Below are positions 21,926 to 32,672 of a stretch of DNA of 64,000 bases, one piece after another (positions within the stretch are counted from its first letter, which is position 1; the number at the start of each line of letters is the position of its first letter). The stretch is taken from the NCBI GenBank assembly GCA_965644295.1, contig CBFFRP010000185.1:1-64000 (forward strand). Reading direction: 5' to 3'. This stretch comes from Paraphysomonas bandaiensis (lineage: Eukaryota > Protista > Chrysophyceae). The notes beneath the pieces are model-generated. The model had not been told where the DNA came from, did no database searches, and worked only from the letters and a program-made list of their open reading frames with translations. Made by a program: the position numbers and the translations under genes.

Positions 21926-24031
21926 ATGATGGAAGAGTTGTGCTTGGTAGTGCAAGGTCAACAGGAACGAAATATTCTTAATTCTTCAATGAAAGACTAC
22001 TTGAGCCGCTGCCGAAGTATGACCAGAATCATCAATAGCATTGAGGGATTACGTGAAGTGGCCCTGGATATCGATGAGACTGGAGTAGCAAGAAAACATA
22101 CTGGACTAGCCAAAGATGTTCTCAAACTTAAACTTCCGATGACAGTACAAACAGCTAAACTCTTGTTCGCTAAAATATCCATTGACACAACATTACCAAA
22201 AAAAAGGAAGCACTGCGAGCATGAAGTAGCGGAGTCCCGTGAAGATCCTGAAGTGGTCGAAGGTTACAACCCTGCTGCGAATAAGGCAACGGTTACTGCA
22301 CAAACTTTTCAAAACTTCAAATCGGCATTAAAATGGTGGCATTGCTACGACAGTCCTGACATGGACAAAATTGGCTCCCCATGGCCAAACGGAATGGACG
22401 AAGCCCTGAAAAAGTCTATATCAAGTTACAAACGAGACATAGCTGGCAAGAAGAGGGCCGGCATCATGCGACAAAAAGAAGGAAAGGAGGCCTATAATCT
22501 TAACGGATACATCGAAATTAATAAGGCTTTCTCTAGGATGAGACCCAGTGGAAAGCAACGAACTTGGGATGAAGGAATCTTTGCCGGTCTATTCACAGTA
22601 TTATCGGTTTCAACAGCTGGAAAAAGTGATAACGTTGACGACTGCTTGCTATCTAACTTTGGATGGAGAAACGATGCACTAACAGTTGTGTTTGGAACTA
22701 CCAAATTTGACCGGACAGGCCAAACAACTTCTATTATAAAGCGTTGTTATGCAAACCCATTTAAGCCTGACATATGTGTTGTGCTGAAGCTTGCAGTGTA
22801 TGTACTCTGTACGCGGCGGAATGGGGTAGCGGGTCCACTACGTCTCTTTGAAGGACGAGAGCAGAATAAGAGATACTATAACATATTAACGCAAGTGATT
22901 CAGATGATGGATGACAGTGTCGATCTCGGGTGTTCTAAACAGGACATTGGTACGCAAAGCAATAGAAAGTTTGCTGAATGTACTTCTTCATCTCGTATTT
23001 ATAGTTTCAACAAAACACAAGTATGTCCGCGAGGTGCTGAGTCGGTTGGAGATACTCAGGACAGCTATACGTCGTCAGAGGAGGATTGTGATGCATTGGT
23101 TGGAAGAACAGTTGCTCAACTAAAGCTTACTGCGGATGAGTTCGACGTTCTGCCACTGCACTTTGATTTTGAAACTTTGCAATATATAGGCACCACATTG
23201 GGATGGTCAAGTATCATACCAGACTACAATATGTACCCTCAAAGATTCAGAGAACAAGTGATTCCGAAACTGGTAGCATCTGTTGTGTACCATTATAAGC
23301 ATGGTGACCTCGAGAGGATGTACCCACGTGATCACCCAGTATTCAATCAACGATTGTTCACGGACCGTAGCGTGTACGACACACTCAAAGATAAACCCAT
23401 TCTTTGTTTTGGTGAGTGTAAAGAGAGTAATATGTACGCTACGGGGGTTCCTGGTCTGATCCGTCTTTCCAGAGAAGTCAGACAGGTACGGGATGAGATT
23501 CGCGCGGAAAAAAGTAACTGCCGCAATGATATTCGCCAATGGAGAGAGCTAGCGATACACCAAACGGATGTCTTGCGAAATAACATGCCCGAAGGTGATG
23601 TAAATGGCGACAGTTCAGCAGGTTTGCAAGTCCAAAGCATTCACGTATGGGAGGGGAGTTCTCATCTACATAGAGTACCCATGGGGTTTCAATTTCCTAG
23701 CTATGTGGTAGGCACGATGTGGAATTTGTGGTTTTTTGGAAACGAGAGAGAAAACATTGGTCCATATATGTTTATAACTCCATCGGTGGATCTACCAAAC
23801 AGAGGCTGCAAAAATAACTTCTGCAGGTGTAAAAAGGTTATGACTAAATTAGTGAACATAGCTATACAGGGCAATAAAATTCATCGACTGCAAGATATAT
23901 GCAAGAGCAATGAACAGGAAGTGTACGATTATGCATACACCAAACTTTTGCAAAGTATTTACGACGTTTATCCAATACGACCGGCTTCAATAAATGTAAA
24001 CACAGTAGCGAATAAAATAAAAAAGAAGTAA
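21926..24031 (+). CDS. Crypton-type tyrosine recombinase-derived protein with C-terminal GCR1-like domain; several catalytic residues altered
   Basis: Motifs WRNDALTVVF, KFDRTG, YANPFKPDIC, LFEG..Q..RY, DIGTQSNRK, QDSY, VGRTVAQL, FDVLPLHF and RVPMGFQFP..MWNLWFFG match stramenopile Crypton proteins. Intronless 701-aa ORF. Confidence 0.8.
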   Translation: MMEELCLVVQGQQERNILNSSMKDYLSRCRSMTRIINSIEGLREVALDIDETGVARKHTGLAKDVLKLKLPMTVQTAKLLFAKISIDTTLPKKRKHCEHEVAESREDPEVVEGYNPAANKATVTAQTFQNFKSALKWWHCYDSPDMDKIGSPWPNGMDEALKKSISSYKRDIAGKKRAGIMRQKEGKEAYNLNGYIEINKAFSRMRPSGKQRTWDEGIFAGLFTVLSVSTAGKSDNVDDCLLSNFGWRNDALTVVFGTTKFDRTGQTTSIIKRCYANPFKPDICVVLKLAVYVLCTRRNGVAGPLRLFEGREQNKRYYNILTQVIQMMDDSVDLGCSKQDIGTQSNRKFAECTSSSRIYSFNKTQVCPRGAESVGDTQDSYTSSEEDCDALVGRTVAQLKLTADEFDVLPLHFDFETLQYIGTTLGWSSIIPDYNMYPQRFREQVIPKLVASVVYHYKHGDLERMYPRDHPVFNQRLFTDRSVYDTLKDKPILCFGECKESNMYATGVPGLIRLSREVRQVRDEIRAEKSNCRNDIRQWRELAIHQTDVLRNNMPEGDVNGDSSAGLQVQSIHVWEGSSHLHRVPMGFQFPSYVVGTMWNLWFFGNERENIGPYMFITPSVDLPNRGCKNNFCRCKKVMTKLVNIAIQGNKIHRLQDICKSNEQEVYDYAYTKLLQSIYDVYPIRPASINVNTVANKIKKK

Positions 24032-24760
24032 TAATAATATCTAACATGTATCATCATAGTATCAGTAGACAGCAGTAGACAGATTCCTCTCACAATCAAC
24101 AAAATATGCCACATTGCATTTCTGATTAATCTATGCTCATGACACCATATCAATAAAGAAATCATATTCTTGGCTTCATCATACAAACAACTATTCATAC
24201 ATCATACACATATCCCTCTAACCATCCGTATAATGTTGTTCACATCTCAAAATTTGAAATACTAAGTATAACTGCATGAGTCATGTAGTATGTACTTCCA
24301 ATCTTCCAATCTTCCAATATATGTGAATCCTGATCAGCGCAGCTAAACTTATTAACTTAATGTTTCGCAATAGTATCTATCGTACTACACTTAATACGAT
24401 GCTGTTTCTGAAAACTAATCGACTATTGTGACCGGATACATATTTAATTAATTTTGAATGAATGTAGTGATGTTGACCTCACCGATGATGGCTCAGAAAA
24501 TGAGTATGAGGAAAATTGCGATTAGCTATAAGCAGATAAGCTGTAGATAGTCTTAGCTTAACAGCGTAGTGGGGTTTTTATCATGTGATCTTAATGGCTA
24601 ATACTAGAAACGGAATCTACACATGTGTTTAATTACTGATAATGACACTATATAGACAATATATTGCAATAGTATTGTTGGACCGGTTTAAAACGCCATC
24701 AATATTATTGCTGAGATGCTCGCTAACAATAGTATTGCAGTATATTGTTCCCGAGCCTTG

Positions 24761-25150
24761 TTGTATACACTCTCCAACGTCTACACAATGCACTTAACAC
24801 TTAACAGAGGCTTCAGCAACACCACCATGCAGATTACTTGATGCCCTCACTCACAGGTAGCTATATATATATATATTCATTATGACCTTAAATGAAAATG
24901 GACGCCATTTATAATGCAAGTTCACGGATCTACAACAGCTGTACACTGCAAGGTACAATCCGCATTCACACCACATCATATATTTAGCTACACAATACAC
25001 ATATCGCTCTCAACGTCCACATAATGCTCTTCACTGCATTGTATACACTCCCATATGTCTCCAACGTTTACACAATTGTACTCAACAGGGGCTTCAACAA
25101 CACCACAACGCGGATTACTTGACGCCCTCTCCCACAGGTAGCAATATATA
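24761..25150. repeat. Diverged ~110-bp direct repeat (24761-24870 and 25039-25150)
   Basis: Both copies read ttgtatacactc...ctccaacgt.tacacaat...ggcttca.caacaccac...gattacttga.gccctc...cacaggtagc.atatata. Confidence 0.8.
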
Positions 25151-25690
25151 TGGCATTAATACAGCACATAACTCAATCGTATTACACCTACTTCATTGTG
25201 ACGTTAAATGACCGGATGAATGGAAGATCATATCCAAAACATCTAGATACTTTTATCTCACAGCTACTCTGTACATATGTACACAGCACAGAACATCCAC
25301 TGCTACTGATGTATAGCCCAACACCCGCCCCTGTAACATCAAACACTACACATCTACACATCTGCAAGATTTCATATCTATGCAAGTATGCAACACTCTG
25401 CGTATATTTCATATGACAAAAATGTATAGGCATGCTGTATGCTCTGTATACATATATCACAAGTACTCGTTCAATTAATTGGTTCAATTTTGTAATGATA
25501 GGCTAGGAATGCATGACTTGTTCGCATATTTTATCTCGTATGAATGAGCGAAGAGCTGCTTACATATATATGTATCTAGATATGTGCATATAATATGGCT
25601 TAAGATTTGTATTTGAGGGAGCGACAGTGTGTGGTGTGACTACAAGATCTCTCTTATTGTCTCTCATTAGCCTCTGTTAGTTAGGATAGT

Positions 25691-26781
25691 ATGTTATCTG
25701 CTGCCAGAAATTTTGGAAATGATGTGGATGTAATTCGCCGAAAAGAAATGCGAATGTATTACCGTTTTTTGCAAACAATTAATTGGAAGACAGCTGTTAT
25801 CACGTTGCTTTCTGTCCTCATAACAGTCATTTGTTACGTATTGAACATCACAATGAATATGCGGACCGACTTGATTGGTACACTGTTATGAGTGCAACGT
25901 TACTTGTGGTTACGTTGCTTCTACAGGTATAGCTGTAGTGTTTCCTATTGTATTTGCCATTAATTCAGCATTCAAACGGAGAGAAGAAGCTCTTAAAAGT
26001 TTGGCAATCATGAAGGGTAACGCATTCGCAGTCAGGCTTGCATTTGGACACTGGGTCAAAGTACCAGCCACCAACGACAAATTGATTGAACGGATCGACT
26101 ATCTTCTCCGCAAACTCTTTACGATCATGCAGGCTTACCTTGTCCGCCCTCCAAACGCCGATGGAAATTTGCAGGCTGATATCATTGGCCTCTTTGTACT
26201 TCTTTCTCTCACTGTTGAAGAGATGAGGACACATGGAGTAGCCCCACCAGAAATTTCACGAGTAAACGAATATCTTCGAGTCATGTGTGTTCAGTATCAG
26301 GAGATGAACAATATTCGCAACTACCGCACCCCAGTTGCTCTTAGGGCGTATACTAAATTCTTTTTGGCCTTATTCCCACTATTATTTGGCCCAACCTTTA
26401 GCTACATAGCACATGACTCTGGCACACTGGTGCATGGTACATGCTTGAACTCACTCTTATTACCTTAAACTAATATAGATTTTAGGTATAATTTTGGCAG
26501 TAGTATATAGCGTCGTCTTAACAGGGTTGGACAATATACAGGAGATGATGGAGAATCCTTATGACGGCATCGGTGCTGATGATATTCGATTCGAGTCACC
26601 TGATAACTTCACCTTCCTAGCCGCATCAATGAAAATGCCTGCGGCCATCAGTGAAGACGATTTTTCTGACAAACCTAGTGCCCGTAATGCTGACAGAATA
26701 TCATACCAATCTGATTCTTTCAATGTTGATCAAAGCAGAGAATATAAAATGAAGGATAGCTTGGTCGAAAATATGGTGTAG
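25691..26781 (+). CDS. Bestrophin-like (YneE/Bestrophin_2-type) membrane protein
   Basis: VFPIVFAINSAFKRREEAL, NIRNYRTPVALRAY, GLDNIQEMMENPYDG..DDI. Three ORF pieces are joined by introns at about 25877-25926 and 26437-26485. Confidence 0.78.
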
Positions 26782-27349
26782 TGGTTTAAGTACTGATGTC
26801 ATGGTCATGTAATATATTTGCTGGTATTCTATTAATTACTCTATAATTCCATCTCAATGTACCTTAATAATCGATGTCGAATGGAATAGTGTACAGTGTA
26901 CTACTTCGTAAGATAGGATAATATAGAATTATTTTTACGGAATATATTTTTCAACCTAGTTAATTTGGTGAAATTTCCTAATCACACCGAAATTGGTGTA
27001 AAACCTAGTCATTAAATAATTAGATTTTTAACATTACAATAACTTGGTTGACTAGGTGGAAGTGGGTATTCACCTAGTCAAACAGGGGAGCATGCATATA
27101 TAATTTTACGTTCAGTGAAGGCGCAGCGTATACTCAACGGTTGAGTACAGTAAAGAAGCTATCATAGAAGTTTAAGTTCATTAATAAGGTAGTCTGAAAA
27201 GTAGTTCTACTAAGTAAACATAACCATAATGAGTTGTAATTAAAAAATCGTGCCAACAATACAAGGTGACAGTCGTATCAAAACATTCGTAATGAGGTGG
27301 GTTCACACATTACAAAAACAGTTGTCGAAATCAGTAAAACGCAGTGAAC

Positions 27350-28441
27350 TTAGAAGTCTTCGTCGAAAGATATGACCTGCTGAGATGCCTCCACGCCAAC
27401 TCCGCTCTTAGCATACTCCGAAACTCGCTTCTCAAAGAAATTAGTCTTCCCCTGAAGAGATATCATATCCATCCAGTCAAATGGATTCGCGACTTTATAC
27501 ATCTTCTCGCAGCCCAGATCAACCAAAAGCCGATCTGCGCAAAACTTAATGTATTGGGTCATAAGTCGACTGTTCATGCCAATCAACTCCACAGAAAGAG
27601 CATCACTCACAAACTCAGCCTCTATCTCAACAGCCTCACCAATGATCTCGTAAATGCGCTCCTGAGGAAGCTTGTTCACTAGCTTGGAGTATAGAAGGAC
27701 AGCGAAGTCACAATGCATCCCCTCGTCACGTGATATAAGCTCATTAGAAAAACAAAGACCTGGCATTAACCCACGCTTCTTCAACCAAAATATTGCACAA
27801 AATGAACCACTGAAGAAAATTCCTTCCACAGACGCGAATGCGATCACTCTCTCCGCGAAAGACGCAGTGTCTCTATTGCACCATTTCAGGGCCCAGTTAG
27901 CCTTCTTCTGCACACACGGAACAGTTTCGATAGCGTTCAATAGGTTTGCCTTCTCATTTACATCGCGCACATAAGTATCAATCAAGAGAGAATATACTTC
28001 GGAATGAATGTTCTCGATAGCAATCTGAAAGCCATAAAAGCAGCGAGCCTCAGAAGACTGCACCTCACTGGAGAAGTTCATGGCCAAATTTTCATTCACA
28101 ATACCATCAGATGCAGCAAAAAAAGCTAACACATGAGTGATAAAGTGCCTCTCGTTCCGTGTGAGGTTGGCCCAATCCTTGTGGTCGCTAGCCAAATCCA
28201 GCTCCTCTGCAGTCCAGAAAGAGGCCTCAGCCTTCTTGTACATATCCCATATCTACACACCACAATCAACAGACAATCAAAACAACAACAAACACTGCCT
28301 TACATCAGTGTGTTTGATGGGGAAGAGGACGAATCTGCCCTTATCTTCCATCAGGAGGGGCTCGGGCTGCAGGACTCCTCTGGATTCCATTTTCTTGAAC
28401 TCAGTGGGTTCTTGATCGGAGTCGACATATGTGATTGTCAT
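27350..28441 (-). CDS. RNR2: Ribonucleotide reductase class Ia small subunit, copy 1
   Basis: [28 protein letters not shown]-terminal FDEDF. Exon 1 28441-28304 ([28 protein letters not shown]...), intron 28253-28303. Confidence 0.96.
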
Positions 28442-28759
28442 AGTTTCTTAACCTGAATTCCCGGCCTTGATTTGATGCAATTGTGAGGCTGGAGTGGGAT
28501 GACTGTGCAGTAAATGATGGTGTCAATGCCTCTGTTCTCAATGCAACGCTGACAGAACACAGAAACTGAAACAAATTTCCAAATTTCAAATTGATGTGTC
28601 TGTTTAAGATACGTTTATTTGAATCTATTGGGATTTAAAAGCATTTTTTTAATTTTCAAAAAAGAGAGAAGTGAGATTGATATACACACACGCATATGAT
28701 CCGGCCGCATCTCACTATAGAAACTAGCAGTTAACATACTCATATACAACACCACTATA

Positions 28760-29905
28760 ATGGATAGATCAGACATGCCTCGAAATGACTCGTGGGATGT
28801 TAGTTTCCTGGATATCAAGGAGCAGTTACCTGGGGAGGCCCCAAGAATAACAGAATTCAGAATGCTTGAGAAGAACGGCTTACTGCAGCCCGAGCCCCTC
28901 CTGATGGAAGATAAGGGCAGATTCGTCCTCTTCCCCATCAAACACACTGATGTAAGGCAGTGTTTGTTGTTGTTTTGATTGTCTGTTGATTGTGGTGTGT
29001 AGATATGGGATATGTACAAGAAGGCTGAGGCCTCTTTCTGGACTGCAGAGGAGCTGGATTTGGCCAGCGACCACAAGGACTGGGCCAACCTCACACGGAA
29101 CGAGAGGCACTTTATCACTCATGTGTTAGCTTTTTTTGCTGCATCTGATGGTATTGTGAATGAAAATTTGGCCATGAACTTCTCCAGTGAGGTGCAGTCT
29201 TCTGAGGCTCGCTGCTTTTATGGCTTTCAGATTGCTATCGAGAACATTCATTCCGAAGTATATTCTCTCTTGATTGATACTTATGTGCGCGATGTAAATG
29301 AGAAGGCAAACCTATTGAACGCTATCGAAACTGTTCCGTGTGTGCAGAAGAAGGCTAACTGGGCCCTGAAATGGTGCAATAGAGACACTGCGTCTTTCGC
29401 GGAGAGAGTGATCGCATTCGCGTCTGTGGAAGGAATTTTCTTCAGTGGTTCATTTTGTGCAATATTTTGGTTGAAGAAGCGTGGGTTAATGCCAGGTCTT
29501 TGTTTTTCTAATGAGCTTATATCACGTGACGAGGGGATGCATTGTGACTTCGCTGTCCTTCTATACTCCAAGCTAGTGAACAAGCTTCCTCAGGAGCGCA
29601 TTTACGAGATTATTGGTGAGGCTGTTGAGATAGAGGCTGAGTTTGTGAGTGATGCTCTTTCTGTGGAGTTGATTGGCATGAACAGTCGACTTATGACCCA
29701 ATACATTAAGTTTTGCGCAGATCGGCTTTTGGTTGATCTGGGCTGCGAGAAGATGTATAAAGTCGCGAATCCATTTGACTGGATGGATATGATATCTCTT
29801 CAAGGGAAGACTAATTTCTTTGAGAAGCGAGTTTCGGAGTATGCTAAGAGCGGAGTTGGCGTGGAGGCATCTCAGCAGGTCATATCTTTCGACGAAGACT
29901 TCTAA
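28760..29905 (+). CDS. RNR2: Ribonucleotide reductase class Ia small subunit, copy 2
   Basis: Same motifs as copy 1. Exon 1 28760-28951 ([10 protein letters not shown]...[16 protein letters not shown]...), intron 28952-29002. Confidence 0.96.
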
Positions 29906-30326
29906 GTTCTTATTGTATATTATGTGGCAAAGTTTTTCTTGTGGAGACTGAGACGCAATGTATTGATAAGATATTTTGCAGTTGTCTACAGTAGAGGGGG
30001 ATATAATATTTTGTGTTTGACTTGTAGTGTTGTAGATTTAAGCGAAGTATAAGGATTGGAATAATGTTTGTGAATAACACTTGGTACTGTGCAGCATCAT
30101 AGCAATGTACGCCGATTCTTCTGTATTGCGTTTCTAATATTTTAATTGCGCGATTTACGATATTAGCCTCAATCACACACAGAAGATTATATGTGTCAGT
30201 TCTCCTGGTCTTCAACGACTGTGATCGTACTGAACTTATTCTAGAGCTCTGGAGATTACTATATATTATATATTCCTAAAATTATTAACTAATAATGTGT
30301 TTGTAGTTTGTACCATTTATGCTTGT

Positions 30327-30705
30327 GTGGTACAAGGAACACTAATTAGTGTCACTTCTGTAGACATCTTTGGGCCTAGACAAAAAAACAGGAATCCGGG
30401 AATGGGCCCTCCTTAAGGGCATCCGGGGTATTGGGCTGCTGAAGTCAAGCATCCGGGAATGGGCCCACCTCATAAGAATCCGGGGTATTGAGCTGCCTAC
30501 TGAAGTCAGGCATCCGGGCTAGTTCACTTTAAGGACAGAGAGTGAGAGTGATATCACCTTCTTGGTGCTTTCGGTAACGCACAACCAGCTTTCGTAGCGC
30601 CAAATAGTAGATAGTAGGATATCAGAGTTAAGCACTAGTTAGTTAAATTGTTTTGCTACATTAGTTCTGACACTTACACGCCTATAGTTAATAACCAGAC
30701 ATTTA
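30327..30705 (+). mobile_element. Dispersed repeat, probable solo LTR, with internal ~60-bp duplication
   Basis: Homologous to 54880-55206 (-) and to fragments at 12515 and 37262. Internal repeats atccgggaatgggccc and atccggggtattg.gctg. Starts TGTGGTAC. No target-site duplication found. Confidence 0.6.
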
Positions 30706-31213
30706 CTTCTACACAGATAATAATATCATGAATTCAGTTTGTGATATAATTCACATATGCTTTCGTATTCGAAATTTAAGATGGATCTTTATACAATTTC
30801 GTAATTTATAAATTAGTTATTACGTTATTACGCAGCCCTGCAATAAGCGCATGTAGTGTTGCTAGTGAGAGAGTGACGTATAGTGTATACCATATGGCCA
30901 CATGGTATCTGCATCTAGCAAACAAGTTATATTAGATAGAATTATATTCTCACTCAGACAATAATATTCTCACTCAGACAATAAACATATCAGACTCTTA
31001 AGTACATACAGAAAGAAATACATTATCACAAGGCCCCTCCATACGTAGACAGGACAGTATTTACAAACTACGTTTTGTAAACAATACACCAGTCTACACC
31101 GCGGTAATAAAACATGTAATAAGCACATAAATGTAGTATCAGTTATACTACAACAGCATATTTTGTCGTATTTATCATATACTCTGGATGTGCGTAATAA
31201 AACGAAAAACTAA

Positions 31214-32174
31214 TCAAAACCCGGGGGGATCGCTTTCATATAGGTATTTCAGAGAAGTTTGGGTTTGATTGAAACTAGACTCGCTATCATCACTATTGAT
31301 ATGCGAGACATCCACTGAAGAATCCGGCCAGGCGGAGTCATTCTTTTTTATATGTTTGCTGCCCAATTTATTCGATATATTTTTTCTATATGTTGTATTC
31401 TGAACAGCGCTGAGTATAAAACTGAACGACTCCCGACACAAGACCCTATAGTACAAGTAGCACGATAGTGAAAAAATATCATCAAAGTTGTTTTGGCGAA
31501 CAGAAGCAATCAAGATCATAGCCTGCTGAGCAGAAAAACGCCGTCCACCAAGTTCAAAGTCACAGTCACAGATCCAATTATTCTAATATAGATTTGTGAT
31601 ACAATAAAGCAACACAAAAAATACATACCTGCAACCGTCGTTCAGAGTCTAAAATCGTTTCTATTATTACTTGAAAATCGGCATCGTCTACTACACAGTC
31701 CAGTTGCTTGCTGCGAAAACACTCTACGCTGCATATCATACTGCTCTGAATTGCTTTGCCTTCAAGGGTATCGAAACACAACTTAACTATATCTTTGCAG
31801 TTGGCACTGTTCATGACTTTTAGAACAATATTTCGAGAGGTTCCTTTCCATCCGGGTAATAAATAATAAGGAATATGGTAAATCGGTTTCTCCGACCACT
31901 GGGTCAAAATTATGATAGATTCAAAAGATACACGCAGCTTTACAGTATCTGGCCAGTTCAAACAGAATGAAGGGGTGTTATCATTACGGACTAATTTAAC
32001 TATGAAGGTTCGTTTCATATTCACAGTACCTAAAGGAGAGTTCGAGCGGGGCGTCTGTAAGATAGTTGGAAAAGAAAACTTCTGACTGGCAGACAGTTTA
32101 AACACTGGGGAGAGTGGTTGTCTGGGTGGACTCGTGGGTGATAAGGCAGCTTCATATGATTGACACAGTCCCAT
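31214..32174 (-). CDS. Hypothetical protein with likely N-myristoylation/palmitoylation motif (MGLCQS)
   Basis: Two ORFs joined in frame by an intron at about 31583-31628; coding-like composition; divergent from the USP gene. Confidence 0.65.
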
Positions 32175-32672
32175 TGCAGCAGTTAGAGACAGATCAGAGG
32201 GTAGAATGAGGCTATACAGGGAGCATTGTCATTGTTTGTCTTCGCACTGACATTATCGACATGCGATTGTTTCCATCTATTTCCAGCAGTAGAGTTATAA
32301 GGTAGACGAAAGTATATACTGTGCTGCACGATCATCACTCCGCCCCGCTGCCTGTCTACATGTTCAATGTAAAGTCCGCCTCAACTGGAGATGCATGTAT
32401 ACTTCAATCCCTTCTCCCTTCCGGACACAACATCTTCAACGCTAGTCCTCCGTTCAAATTAAACCCGGGAGAATGTAACCCGTGTATTTTCTACCGTTAG
32501 TTTTTGCCGTTATCGTTTTTCAATTCTACCGTTTGCATCGTCATAAAATGCAAGCATGACACTGCAGCGCAGCAGTGTGCATCATATGAACTCCGTGTGC
32601 ACAATAAACTCACGCTCAGTATATATCTTAGCCGTGATAGACAAAGGTCAAGGATACCCAGACTGCTTGAAC

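Larger units (their letters stand above)
27346..29909. repeat. Long inverted repeat: 1,027-bp arms (27346-28372, 28883-29909) with a 510-bp spacer
   Basis: The arms are reverse complements, including the 51-bp intron, with about 4 synonymous differences seen by eye. Confidence 0.95.
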
